A stretch of 64,000 nucleotides of DNA from Eledone cirrhosa (GCA_964016885.1 OZ024743.1:134726001-134790000), one strand, 5' to 3'. Shown: positions 50,721 through 64,000, counted from the first letter of the stretch. Made by a program: numbers and translations. Notes: generated by a model from the sequence alone, not told the origin.

Positions 50721-53700
50721 GCACCAATCACCAAACACCAAGCACCAAGCACCAAACACCAAACACCAAGCACCAAACACCAAGCACCAAAGACCAAACA
50801 CCAAACAGCAAACACCAAACACCAAACAGCAAACACCAAACAGCAAACACCAAACACCAAACAGCAAACACCAAACACCAAGCACCAAACACCAAGCACC
50901 AAGCACCAAATACCTAACACCAAGCACCAAGCACCAAGCACCAAGCACCAAGCACCAAGCACCAAACACCAAGCACCAAACACCAAACATCAAGCACCAA
51001 ACACCAAGCACCAAGCACCAAACACAAAACACCTAGCACCAAGCATCAAACACCAAGCAGCAAACACCAAACACCAAGCACCAATCACCAAACACCAAAC
51101 ACCAAGCACCAAACACCAAACACCAAGCACCAGACTCCAAGCACCAAACACTAAACACCAAACACCAAGCACCAAGCACCAAACACCAAACACCAAGCAG
51201 CAAGCACCAAACACCAAACACCAAGCACCAAACACCAAGCACCAAAGACCAAACACCAAACAGCAAACACCAAACACGAAACAGCAAACACCATACAGCA
51301 AACACTAAACACCAAAAAGCAGACACCAGACAGCAAAACCAAACGCCAAACACCAAACTCCAAACAGCAAACACCAAACACCAAGCACCAAACACGAAGC
51401 ACCAAGCACCAAATACCTAACACCAAGCACCAAGCACCAAGCACCAAGTACCAAACACCAAGAACCAAGAACCAAACACCAAACACCAAGCACCAAGTAC
51501 AAACACCAAGCACCAAGCACCAAGCAGCAAACACCAAGCACCAAGCACCAAACACAAAACACCAAGCACCAAGCATCAAACACCAAGCAGCAAACACCAA
51601 ACACCAAGCACCAATCACCAAACACAAAGCACCCAGCACCAAACACCAAGGACCAAGCACCAAACACCAAGCACCAAACACCAAACTCCAAACACCAAGC
51701 ACCAAGCACCAAGCACCAGGCACCAAACACCAAGCACCAAGCACCAAACACCAAGCACCAAGCACCAAACACCAAATGCCAAGCACCAAACACCAAGAAC
51801 CAAGAACCAAACACCAAGCACTAAGCACCAAGTACAAACACCAAGCACCAAGCACCAAGCACCAAACACCAAGCATCAAGCACCAAGCAGCAAACACCAA
51901 ACACCAAGCACCAAGCACCAAACACAAAGCACCCAGCACCTAACACCAAGGACCAAGCACCAAGCACCAAGCACCAAAAACCAAACACGAAACACAAAAC
52001 ACCAAGCACCAAGCACCAAACACCAAGCACCAAGCACCAATCACCAAACACCAAACACCAAGCACCAAACACCAAGCACCAAAGACCAAACACCAAACAG
52101 CAAACACCAAACACCAAACAGCAAACACCAAACAGCAAACACCAAACACCAAACAGCAAACACCAACCACCAAGCACCAAACACCAAGCACCAAACACCA
52201 AACATCAAGCACCAAGGACCAAGCACCAAGTACCAAACACCAAGAACCAAGAACCAGACACCAAGCACCAAGCACCAAGTAGAAACACCAAGCACCAAGC
52301 ACCAAGCAGCAAACACCAAACACCAAGCAACAATCACCAAACACAAAGCACCCTGCACCAAACACCAAGGACCAAGCACCAAGCACCAAGCACCAAACAC
52401 CAAACTCCAAGCACCAAGCACCAAACACCAAACACCAAGCACCAAGCACCAAGCACCAGGCACCAAACACCAAGCACCAAGCACCAAACACCAAGCACCA
52501 AACACCAAACGCAAAACACCAAACACCAAGAACCAAGAACCAAACACCAAGCACCAAGCACCAAGTACAAACACCAAGCACCAAGCACCAAGCACCAAAC
52601 ACCAAGCACCAAGCACCAAACACAAAACACCAAGCACCAAGCACCAAGCATCAAACACCAAGCAGCAAACACCAAACACCAAGCACCAAGCACCAAGCAC
52701 CAAACACAAAGCACCCAGCACCAAACACCAAGGACCAAGCACCAAGCACCAAGCACCAAAAACCAAACACCAAGCATCAAGCACCAAGCACCAGGCACCA
52801 AACACCAAGCACCAAGCACCAAACACCAAGCACCAAACACCAAACACCAAACACCAAACACCAAACACCAAACACCAAACAGCAAACAACATAGAGCAAA
52901 CACCAAACACCAAATAGCAAACACCAAACACCAAACAGCAAACACCAAACAACAAACACCAAACAGCAAACAGCAAACACCAAGCACCAAGCACCAAACA
53001 CCAAACACCAAACACCAAGCACCAAGCACCAAACACCAAGCACCAAACACCAAGCACCTAGCACCAAACACTAAGCACCAAGCACCAAACACCAAGCACC
53101 AAGCACCAAACACCAAGCACCAAGCACCAAGCACCAAACACCAAGCACCCAGGACCAAAAACCAAGCACCCAGCACCAAACACCAAGCACCAAACACCAA
53201 CCACTCAGCACCAAGCACCAAACACCAAGCACCCAGCACCAAACACCAAGCACCAAACACCAACCACTCAGCACCAAGCACCAAACACCAAGCACCAAGC
53301 ACCAAACACCAAACACCAAACACCAAGCACCAAGCACCAAGCATCAAACACCAAGCATATAACACCAAACACCAAACACCAAGCACCAAGCACCAAAAAG
53401 CAGACACCAAACAGCAAACACCAAACACCAAACACCAAACACCAAACAGCAAACACCAAACACCAAGCACCAAGTACCAAACACCAAGCACCAAGCACCA
53501 AACACCAAACACCAAACACCAAGCACCAAGCACCAAGCAACAAACACCAAACACCAAACACCAAGCACCAAACACCAAACACCAAGCACCAGACACCAAG
53601 CACCAAACACCAAATACCAAACACCAAGCACCAAGCACCAAACACCAAACACCAAACACCAAGCACCAAACACCAAACACCAAGCACCAAACACCAAGCA

Positions 53701-56700
53701 CCAGACACCAAGCACCAAACACCAAACACCAAACACCAAGCACCAAACACCAAGCAGCAAGCACCGAATACCAAACACCAAGCACCGAGCACCAAACACC
53801 AGGCACCAAAGACCAAACACCAAACAGCAAACACCAAACACCATACAGCAAACACTAAACACCAAAAAGCAGACACCAAACAGCAAACACCAAACACCAA
53901 ACACCAAACACCAAACAGCAAACACCAAACACCAAGCACCAAGTACCAAACACCAAGAACCAAGAACCAAACACCAAGCACCAAGCACCAAGTACAAACA
54001 CCAAGCACCAAGAACCAAGCACCAAACACCAAGCACCAAGCACCAAACACAAAACACCAAGCACCAAGCATCAAACACCAAGCAGCAAACACCAAACACC
54101 AAGCACCAATCACCAAACACCAAACACCAAGCACCAAACACCAAACACCAAGCACCAGACACCAAGCACCAAACACTAAACACCAAACACCAAGCACCAA
54201 GCACCAAACACCAAACACCAAGCAGCAAGCACCAAACACCAAACACCAAGCACCAAACACCAAGCACCAAAGACCAAACACCAAATAGCAAACACCAAAC
54301 ACGAAACAGCAAACACCATACAGCAAACACTAAACACCAAAAAGCAGACACCAGACAGCAAAACCAAACACCAAACACCAAACTCCAAACAGCAAACACC
54401 AAACACCAAGCACCAAACACGAAGCACCAAGCACCAAATACCTAACACCAAGCACCAAGCACCAAGCACCAAGTACCAAACACCATGAACCAAGAACCAA
54501 ACACCAAACACCAAGCACCAAGTACAAACACCAAGCACCAAGCACCAAGCACCAAACACCAAGCACCAAGCACCAAACACAAAACACCAAGCACCAAGCA
54601 GCAAACACCAAACACCAAGCACCAATCACCAAACACAAAGCACCCAGCACCAAACACCAAGGACCAAGCACCAAGCACCAAGCACCAAACACCAAACTCC
54701 AAACACCAAGCACCAAGCACCAAGCACCAGGCACCAAACACCAAGCACCAAGCACCAAACACCAAGCACCAAGCACCAAACACCAAATGCCAAACACCAA
54801 ACACCAAGAACCAAGAACCAAACACCAAGCACCAAGCACCAAGTACAAACACCAAGCACCAAGCACCAAGCACCAAACACCAAGCATCAAGCACCAAGCA
54901 GCAAACACCAAACACCAAGCACCAAGCACCAAACACAAAGCACCCAGCACCTAACACCAAGGACCAAGCACCAAGCACCAAGCACCAAAAACCAAACACG
55001 AAACACAAAACACCAAGCACCAAGCACCAAACACCAAGCACCAAGCACCAAGCACCAAAAACCAAACACGAAACACAAAACACCAAGCACCAAGCACCAA
55101 ACACCAAACTCCAAGCACCAAGCACCAAGCACCAAACACCAAACAGCAAACACCAAACACCAAGCACCAAGTACCAAACACCAAGAACCAAGAACCAAAC
55201 ACCAAGCACCAAGCATCAAGTACAAACACCAAGCACCAAGCACCAAGCACCAAGCACCAAGCACCAAACACAAAACACCAAGCACCAAGCACCAAGCACC
55301 AAACACAAAGCACCCAGCACCAAACACCAAGGACCAAGCACCAAGCACCAAGCACCAAAAACCAAACACGAAACACAAAACACCAAGCACCAAGCACCAA
55401 ACACCAAACTCCAAGCACCAAGCACCAAGCACCAAACACCAAACACCAAGCACCAAGCACCAAGCACCAGGCACGAACACCAAGCACCAAGCACCAAACA
55501 CCAAGCACCAAGCACCAAAGACCAAACACCAAACACCAAACAGCAAACAACATACAGCAAACACCAAACACCAAAAAGCAAACACCAAACACCAAACAGC
55601 AAACACCAAACAACAAACACCAAACAACAAACACCAAACAGCAAACAGCAAACAGCAAACACCAAGCACCAAGCACCAAACACCAAGCACCAGGCACCAA
55701 ACACCAAGCCCCAAGCACCAAACACCAAGCACCTAGCACCAAACACTAAGCACCAAGCACCAAACACTAAGCACCAAGCACCAAACACCAAGCACCAAGC
55801 ACCAAACACCAAGCACCAAGCACCAAGCACCAAACACCAAACACCAAGCACCAAAGACCAAGCACCAAGCACCAAACACCAAGCACCAAGCACCAAGCAC
55901 CAAACACCAAGCACCTAGCACCAAACACCAAACACCAAGCACCAAACACCAAGCACCAATCACCAAGCATCAAACACCAAGCAGCCAGCAGCAAGCACCA
56001 AACACCAAGCACCAAGCACCAAAAACCAAACACCAAACACCAAGCACCAAACACCTAACACCAAGCACCAAACACCAAGCACCAAACACCAAGCACCAAG
56101 CACCAAGCACCAAGCACCAAACACCAAGCACCAAACACCAAGCACCAAACACCAAGCACCAAGCACCAAACACCAAGCACCAAGCACCAAACACCAAGAA
56201 CCAAGCACCAAGCACCAAGTACAAACACCAAGCACCAAGCACCAAACACCAAGCACCAAGCACCAAGCATCAAACACCAAGCACCAAACACCAAGCACCA
56301 AGCACCAAGCATCAAACACCAAGCATATAACACCAAACACCAAACACCAAGCACCAAACACCAAACACCAAGCACCAAGCACCAAACACCAAACACCAAG
56401 CACCAAGCACCAAACACCTAACACCAAGCACCAAACACCGAGCACCAAGCACCAAGCACCAAACACCAAGCACCAAGCACCAAACACCAAGCACCAAGCA
56501 CCAAACACAAAGAACCAAGCACCAAGCACCAAGTACAAACACCAAACACCAAGCACCAAACACCAAGCACCTAGCACCAAACACCAAACACCAAGCCCCA
56601 AATACCAAGCACCAATCATCAAGCACCAAACACCAAGCAACCAGCAGCAAGCACCAAACACCAAACACCAAGCACCAAGCACAAAAACCAGACACCAAGC

Positions 56701-59700
56701 ACCAAGCACCAAACACCTAACACCAAGCACCAAGCACCAAGTTCCAAGCACCAAACACCAACAACCAAACACCAAACACCAAGCACCAAACACCAAACAC
56801 CAAGCACCAAGCACCAAACACCTAACACCAAGCACCAAGCACCAACCACCAAACACCAAGCACCAAGCACCAAGCATCAATCACCAAGCACCAAGCACCA
56901 AACACCAAACACCAAGCACCAAGCACCAAACACCAAGCATCAAGCACCAAGCATCAAACACCAAGCACCAAACACCAAACACCAAACACCAAGCACCAAG
57001 CATCAAACACCAAGCATATAACACCAAACACCAAACACCAAGCACCAAGCACCAAACACCAAACACCAAGCACCAAGCACCCAACACCAAACACCAAGCA
57101 CCAAGCACCAAACAACAAGCACCAAGCACCAAGCAAAAAGCACCAAACACCAAGCACCAAACACCAAACACCAAGCACCAAACACCAAACACCAAGCACC
57201 AAGCACCAAACACCTAACACCAAGCACCAAACACCAACCACCAAACACCAAGCACCAAGCACCAAGCACCAAGCACCAAACACCAAGCACCAAACACCAA
57301 GCACCAAACACCTAACACCAAGCACCAAGCACCAAGTACCAAGCACCAAACACCAAGCACCAAGCACCAAACACCAAGCACTAAACACCAAACACCAAGC
57401 ACCAAGCACCAAACACCTAACACCAAGCACCAAACACCAACCACCAAACACCAAGCACCAAGCACCAAGCACCAAGCACCAAACACCAAGCACCAAGCAC
57501 CAAACACCAAGCACCAAACACCAAGCACGAAGCACCAAGCACCAAGTACAAACACCAAGCACCAAGCACCAAACACCAAGCACCAAGCATCAAACACCAA
57601 ACACCAAACACCAAGCACCAAGCACCAAGCATCAAACACCAAGCATATATAACACCAAGCACCAAGCACCAAGCACCAAAGACCAAACACCAAACAGCAA
57701 ACACCAAACACCATACAGCAAACACTAAACACCAAAAAGCAGACACCAAACAGCAAACATCAAACACCAAACACCAAACACCAAACAGCAAACACCAAAC
57801 ACCAAGCACCAAACACCAAGGACCAAGCACCAAACACCTAACACCAAGCACCAAGCACCAAGCACCAAACACCAAACTCCAAACACCAAGCACCAAGCAC
57901 CAAGCACCAGGCACCAAACACCAAGCACTAAGCACCAAACACCAAGCACCAAGCACCAAACACCAAATGCCAAACACCAAACACCAAGAACCAAGAACCA
58001 AACACCAAGCACCAAGCACCAAGTACAAACACCAAGCACCAAGCACCAAGCACCAAACACCAAGCCTCAAGCACCAAGCAGCAAACACCAAACACCAAGC
58101 ACCAAGCACCAAACACAAAGCACCCAGCACCTAACACCAAGGACCAAGCACCAAGCACCAAGCACCAAAAACCAAACACGAAACACAAAACACCAAGCAC
58201 CAAGCACCAAACACCAAGCACCAAGCACCAAGCACCAAACACCAAACACCAAGCACCAAGCACCAAGCACCAGGCACCAAACACCAAACACCAAACAGCA
58301 AACAACATACAGCAAACACCAAACACCAAAAAGCAAACACCAAACACCAAACAGCAAACACCAAACAACAAACACCAAACAACAAACACCAAACAGCAAA
58401 CAGCAAACACCAAGCACCAAGCACCAAAGACCAAGCACCAAGCACCAAACACCAAGCACCAAGCACCAAGCACCAAACACCAAGCACCAAAGACCAAGCA
58501 CCAAGCACCAAACACCAAGCACCCAGCACCAAACACCAAGCACCCAGCACCAAACACCAAGCACCAAACACCAACCACTCAGCACCAAGCACCAAACACC
58601 AAGCACCAAGCACCAAACACCAAACACCAAACACCAAGCACCAAGCACCAAGCATCAAACACCAAGCATATAACACCAAACACCAAACACCAAGCACCAA
58701 GCACCAAAAACCAAATAACAAGCACCAAGCACCCAGCACCAAACACCAAGCACCAAGCACCAAACATCAAGCACCAAGCAACAAGCACCAAACACCAAAC
58801 ACCAAGCACCAAACACCAAACACCAAGCACCAAGCACCAAACACCAAACACCAAGCACCAAACACCAAGCACCAGACACCAAGCACCAAACACCAAACAC
58901 CAAACACCAGGCACCAAGCACCAAACACCAAACACCAAGCACCAAGCACCAAACACCAAACACCAAGCACCAAACACCAAGCACCAAAGACCAAACACCA
59001 AACAGCAAACACCAAACACCAAACAGCAAACACCAAACACCAAGCACCAAACACCAAGCACCAAGCACCAAATACCTAACACCAAGCACCAAGCACCAAG
59101 CACCAAGCACCAAGCACCAAACACCAAGCACCAAACACCAAACATCAAGCACCAAACACCAAGCACCAAGCACCAAACACAAAACACCTAGCACCAAGCA
59201 TCAAACACCAAGCAGCAAACACCAAACACCAAGCACCAATCACCAAACACCAAACACCAAGCACTAAACACCAAACACCAAGCACCAGACACCAAGCACC
59301 AAACACTAAACACCAAACACCAAGCACCAAGCACCAAACACCAAACACCAAGCAGCAAGCACCAAACACCAAACACCAAGCACCAAACACCAAGCACCAA
59401 AGACCAAACACCAAACAGCAAACACCAAACACGAAACAGCAAACACCATACAGCAAACACTAAACACCAAAAAGCAGACACCAGACAGCAAAACCAAACG
59501 CCAAACACCAAACTCCAAACAGCAAACACCAAACACCAAGCACCAAACACGAAGCACCAAGCACCAAATACCTAACACCAAGCACCAAGCACCAAGCACC
59601 AAGTACCAAACACCAAGAACCAAGAACCAAACACCAAACACCAAGCACCAAGTACAAACACCAAGCACCAAGCACCAAGCACCAAACACCAAGCACCAAG

Positions 59701-62700
59701 CACCAAACACAAAACACCAAGCACCAAGCATCAAACACCAAGCAGCAAACACCAAACACCAAGCACCAATCACCAAACACAAAGCACCCAGCACCAAACA
59801 CCAAGGACCAAGCACCAAGCACCAAGCACCAAACACCAAACTCCAAACACCAAGCACCAAGCACCAAGCACCAGGCACCAAACACCAAGCACCAAGCACC
59901 AAACACCAAGCACCAAGCACCAAACACCAAATGCCAAGCACCAAACACCAAGAACCAAGAACCAAACACCAAGCACTAAGCACCAAGTACAAACACCAAG
60001 CACCAAGCACCAAGCACCAAACACCAAGCATCAAGCACCAAGCAGCAAACACCAAACACCAAGCACCAAGCACCAAACACAAAGCACCCAGCACCTAACA
60101 CCAAGGACCAAGCACCAAGCACCAAGCACCAAAAACCAAACACGAAACACAAAACACCAAGCACCAAGCACCAAACACCAAGCACCAAGCACCAATCACC
60201 AAACACCAAACACCAAGCACCAAACACCAAGCAGCAAAGACCAAACACCAAACAGCAAACACCAAACACCAAACAGCAAACACCAAACAGCAAACACCAA
60301 ACACCAAACAGCAAACACCAACCACCAAGCACCAAACACCAAGCACCAAACACCAAACATCAAGCACCAAGGACCAAGCACCAAGTACCAAACACCAAGA
60401 ACCAAGAACCAAACACCAAGCACCAAGCACCAAGTAGAAACACCAAGCACCAAGCACCAAGCAGCAAACACCAAACACCAAGCAACAATCACCAAACACA
60501 AAGCACCCTGCACCAAACACCAAGGACCAAGCACCAAGCACCAAGAACCAAACACCAAACTCCAAGCACCAAGCACCAAACACCAAACACCAAGCACCAA
60601 GCACCAAGCACCAGGCACCAAACACCAAGCACCAAGCACCAAACACCAAGCACCAAACACCAAACGCAAAACACCAAACACCAAGAACCAAGAACCAAAC
60701 ACCAAGCACCAAGCACCAAGTACAAACACCAAGCACCAAGCACCAAGCACCAAACACCAAGCACCAAGCACCAAACACAAAACACCAAGCACCAAGCACC
60801 AAGCATCAAACACCAAGCAGCAAACACCAAACACCAAGCACCAAGCACCAAGCACCAAACACAAAGCACCCAGCACCAAACACCAAGGACCAAGCACCAA
60901 GCACCAAGCACCAAAAACCAAACACCAAGCATCAAGCACCAAGCACCAGGCACCAAACACCAAGCACCAAGCACCAAACACCAAGCACCAAACACCAAAC
61001 ACCAAACACCAAACACCAAACACCAAACACCAAACAGCAAACAACATAGAGCAAACACCAAACACCAAATAGCAAACACCAAACACCAAATAGCAAACAC
61101 CAAACACCAAACAGCAAACACCAAACAACAAACACCAAACAACAAACACCAAACAGCAAACAGCAAACACCAAGCACCAAGCACCAAACACCAAACACCA
61201 AACACCAAGCACCAAGCACCAAACACCAAGCACCAAACACCAAGCACCTAGCACCAAACACTAAGCACCAAGCACCAAACACCAAGCACCAAGCACCAAA
61301 CACCAAGCACCAAGCACCAAGCACCAAACACCAAGCACCCAGGACCAAAAACCAAGCACCCAGCACCAAACACCAAGCACCAAACACCAACCACTCAGCA
61401 CCAAGCACCAAACACCAAGCACCAAGCACCAAACACCAAACACCAAACACCAAGCACCAAGCACCAAGCACCAAACACCAAACACCAAGCACCAAGCACC
61501 AAACACCAAGCACCAAACACCAAACACCAAACACCAAGCACCAAGCACCAAACACCAAGCACCAAACACCAAGCACCTAGCACCAAACACTAAGCACCAA
61601 GCACCAAACACCAAGCACCAAGCACCAAGCACCAAACACCAAGCACCCAGGACCAAAAAGCAAGCACCCAGCACCAAACACCAAGCACCAAACACCAACC
61701 ACTCAGCACCAAGCACCAAACACCAAGCACCAAGCACCAAACACCAAACACCAAACACCAAGCACCAAGCACCAAGCAACAAACACCAAACACCAAACAC
61801 CAAGCACCAAACACCAAACACCAAGTACCAGACACCAAGCACCAAACACCAAATACCAAACACCAAGCACCAAGCACCAAACACCAAACACCAAACACCA
61901 AGCACCAAACACCAAACACCAAGCACCAAACACCAAGCACCAGACACCAAGCACCAAACACCAAACACCAAACACCAAGCACCAAACACCAAGCAGCAAG
62001 CACCGAATACCAAACACCAAGCACCGAGCACCAAACACCAGGCACCAAAGACCAAACACCAAACAGCAAACACCAAACACCATACAGCAAACACTAAACA
62101 CCAAAAAGCAGACACCAAACAGCAAACACCAAACACCAAACACCAAACACCAAACAGCAAACACCAAACACCAAGCACCAAGTACCAAACACCAAGAACC
62201 AAGAACCAAACACCAAGCACCAAGCACCAAGTACAAACACCAAGCACCAAGAACCAAGCACCAAACACCAAGCACCAAGCACCAAACACAAAACACCAAG
62301 CACCAAGCATCAAACACCAAGCAGCAAACACCAAACACCAAGCACCAATCACCAAACACCAAACACCAAGCACCAAACACCAAACAGCAAACACCAAACA
62401 CCAAGCACCAAACACGAAGCACCAAGCACCAAATACCTAACACCAAGCACCAAGCACCAAGCACCAAGTACCAAACACCATGAACCAAGAACCAAACACC
62501 AAACACCAAGCACCAAGTACAAACACCAAGCACCAAGCACCAAGCACCAAACACCAAGCACCAAGCACCAAACACAAAACACCAAGCACCAAGCAGCAAA
62601 CACCAAACACCAAGCACCAATCACCAAACACAAAGCACCCAGCACCAAACACCAAGGACCAAGCACCAAGCACCAAGCACCAAACACCAAACTCCAAACA

Positions 62701-64000
62701 CCAAGCACCAAGCACCAAGCACCAGGCACCAAACACCAAGCACCAAGCACCAAACACCAAGCACCAAGCACCAAACACCAAATGCCAAACACCAAACACC
62801 AAGAACCAAGAACCAAACACCAAGCACCAAGCACCAAGTACAAACACCAAGCACCAAGCACCAAGCACCAAACACCAAGCATCAAGCACCAAGCAGCAAA
62901 CACCAAACACCAAGCACCAAGCACCAAACACAAAGCACCCAGCACCTAACACCAAGGACCAAGCACCAAGCACCAAGCACCAAAAACCAAACACGACACA
63001 CAAAACACCAAGCACCAAGCACCAAACACCAAGCACCAAGCACCAAGCACCAAACACCAAACACCAAGCACCAAGGACCAAGCACCAGGCACCAAACACC
63101 AAACACCAAACAGCAAACAACATACAGCAAACACCAAACACCAAAAAGCAAACACCAAACACCAAACAGCAAACACCAAACAACAAACACCAAACAACAA
63201 ACACCAAACAGCAAACAGCAAACACCAAGCACCAATCACCAAACACCAAGCACCAAGCACCAAACACCAAGCACCAAGCACCAAGCACCAAACACCAAGC
63301 ACCAAAGACCAAGCACCGAGCACCAAACACCAAGCACCCAGCACCAAACACCAAGCACCCAGCACCAAACACCAAGCACCAAACACCAACCACTCAGCAC
63401 CAAGCACCAAACACCAAGCACCAAGCACCAAACACCAAACACCAAACACCAAGCACCAAGCACCAAGCATCAAACACCAAGCATATAACACCAAACACCA
63501 AACACCAAGCACCAAGCACCAAAAAGCAGACACCAAACAGCAAACACCAAACACCAAACACCAAACACCAAACAGCAAACACCAAACACCAAGCACCAAG
63601 TACCAAACACCAAGAACCAAGAACCAAACACCAAGCACCAAGCATCAAGTACAAACACCAAGCACCAAGCACCAAGCACCAAGCACCAAGCACCAAACAC
63701 AAAACACCAAGCACCAAGCACCAAGCACCAAACACAAAGCACCCAGCACCAAACACCAAGGACCAAGCACCAAGCACCAAGCACCAAAAACCAAACACGA
63801 AACACAAAACACCAAGCACCAAGCACCAAACACCAAACTCCAAGCACCAAGCACCAAGCACCAAACACCAAACACCAAGCACCAAGCACCAAGCACCAGG
63901 CACGAACACCAAGCACCAAGCACCAAACACCAAGCACCAAGCACCAAAGACCAAACACCAAACACCAAACAGCAAACAACATACAGCAAACACCAAACAC
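49650..64000 (-). repeat. ~8.0-8.4 kb higher-order duplication; second copy runs off the window end
   Basis: Offsets: 49870/58067 (8197), 51033/59188 and 51940/60095 (8155), 53855/62094 (8239), 54626/62621 (7995). The rare motif GGCACGAACACC occurs at ~55470 and ~63899. Shared private variants: AAACGCC (~51341/~59496), ACATAGAGC (~52889/~61044), CCATGAACC (~54483/~62478). Confidence 0.8.

Larger units (their letters stand above)
35365..55000 (-). repeat. Variable ~2-4 kb higher-order repeat of the right arm
   Basis: The marker CCATACAGCAAACACTAAACACCAAAAAGCAGACACCAGACAGCAAAACC has its CTA at 35407, 39013, 42094, 45301, 49299, 51305, 54330 and 59460 (spacings 3606, 3081, 3207, 3998, 2006, 3025, 5130). 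Confidence 0.8.
35365..64000 (-). repeat. 7-bp tandem satellite, right arm, same family in opposite orientation (AAACACC/AAGCACC on +)
   Basis: Continuous ACACCAA/GCACCAA units, the reverse complement of TTGGTGT/TTGGTGC. T is very rare on +. About 4,100 monomers; the array is open at the right window edge. Confidence 0.99.

Noticed and set aside
4-64000. Hundreds of overlapping ORFs up to 801 aa (WCLVLGA-type, membrane-like; TKHQAPS-type, mucin-like)
   Set aside because: They are direct translations of a stop-free 7-mer, occur in all frames at once, start mostly at TTG/GTG within the repeat, and have no domain or unique sequence. Stops fall at random variant monomers.
1-64000. CRISPR array or other repeat-spacer system
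   Set aside because: There are no unique spacers; all sequence between recurring markers is the same heptamer, and the markers are mutated monomers.
1-64000. Assignment to a canonical telomere (TTAGGG, TTTAGGG, TTAGG) or a named heptamer family (Drosophila virilis AAACTAC satellites, cyanobacterial STRR repeats)
   Set aside because: The monomer YTTGGTG matches none of these. Shared length or composition is not enough to assign a family or organism, and STRR tracts are far shorter.

Overview
The whole 64 kb window is one 7-bp tandem satellite with consensus (YTTGGTG)n, i.e. TTTGGTG and CTTGGTG mixed, plus recurring variants such as TTTGCTG, ATTGGTG and TTTGGCG. I see no unique sequence, credible gene, RNA gene, transposon or CRISPR array; every listed ORF is a translation of the heptamer. 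The main structural feature is a single abrupt orientation switch at ~35365. From 1 to 35365 the G/T-rich strand is on +, and from 35365 to 64000 the C/A-rich strand (RCACCAA)n is on +. The join has no spacer and shares only one base, the same (G-rich)n-(C-rich)n geometry as an end-to-end telomere fusion. The arms are not mirror images: each has its own diagnostic variants and its own higher-order repeats (left: 294, 210/105, ~500, ~2.0-2.7 kb, 5428 and 4448 bp; right: 329, 475, ~3-4 kb and ~8.2-8.4 kb). So two separately evolved arrays of one family meet here. The scale suggests eukaryotic centromeric, pericentromeric or telomere-like heterochromatin, but the organism and function cannot be determined from the sequence. 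Coordinates and offsets were read by eye or taken from repeated entries in the ORF track, so boundaries are approximate.
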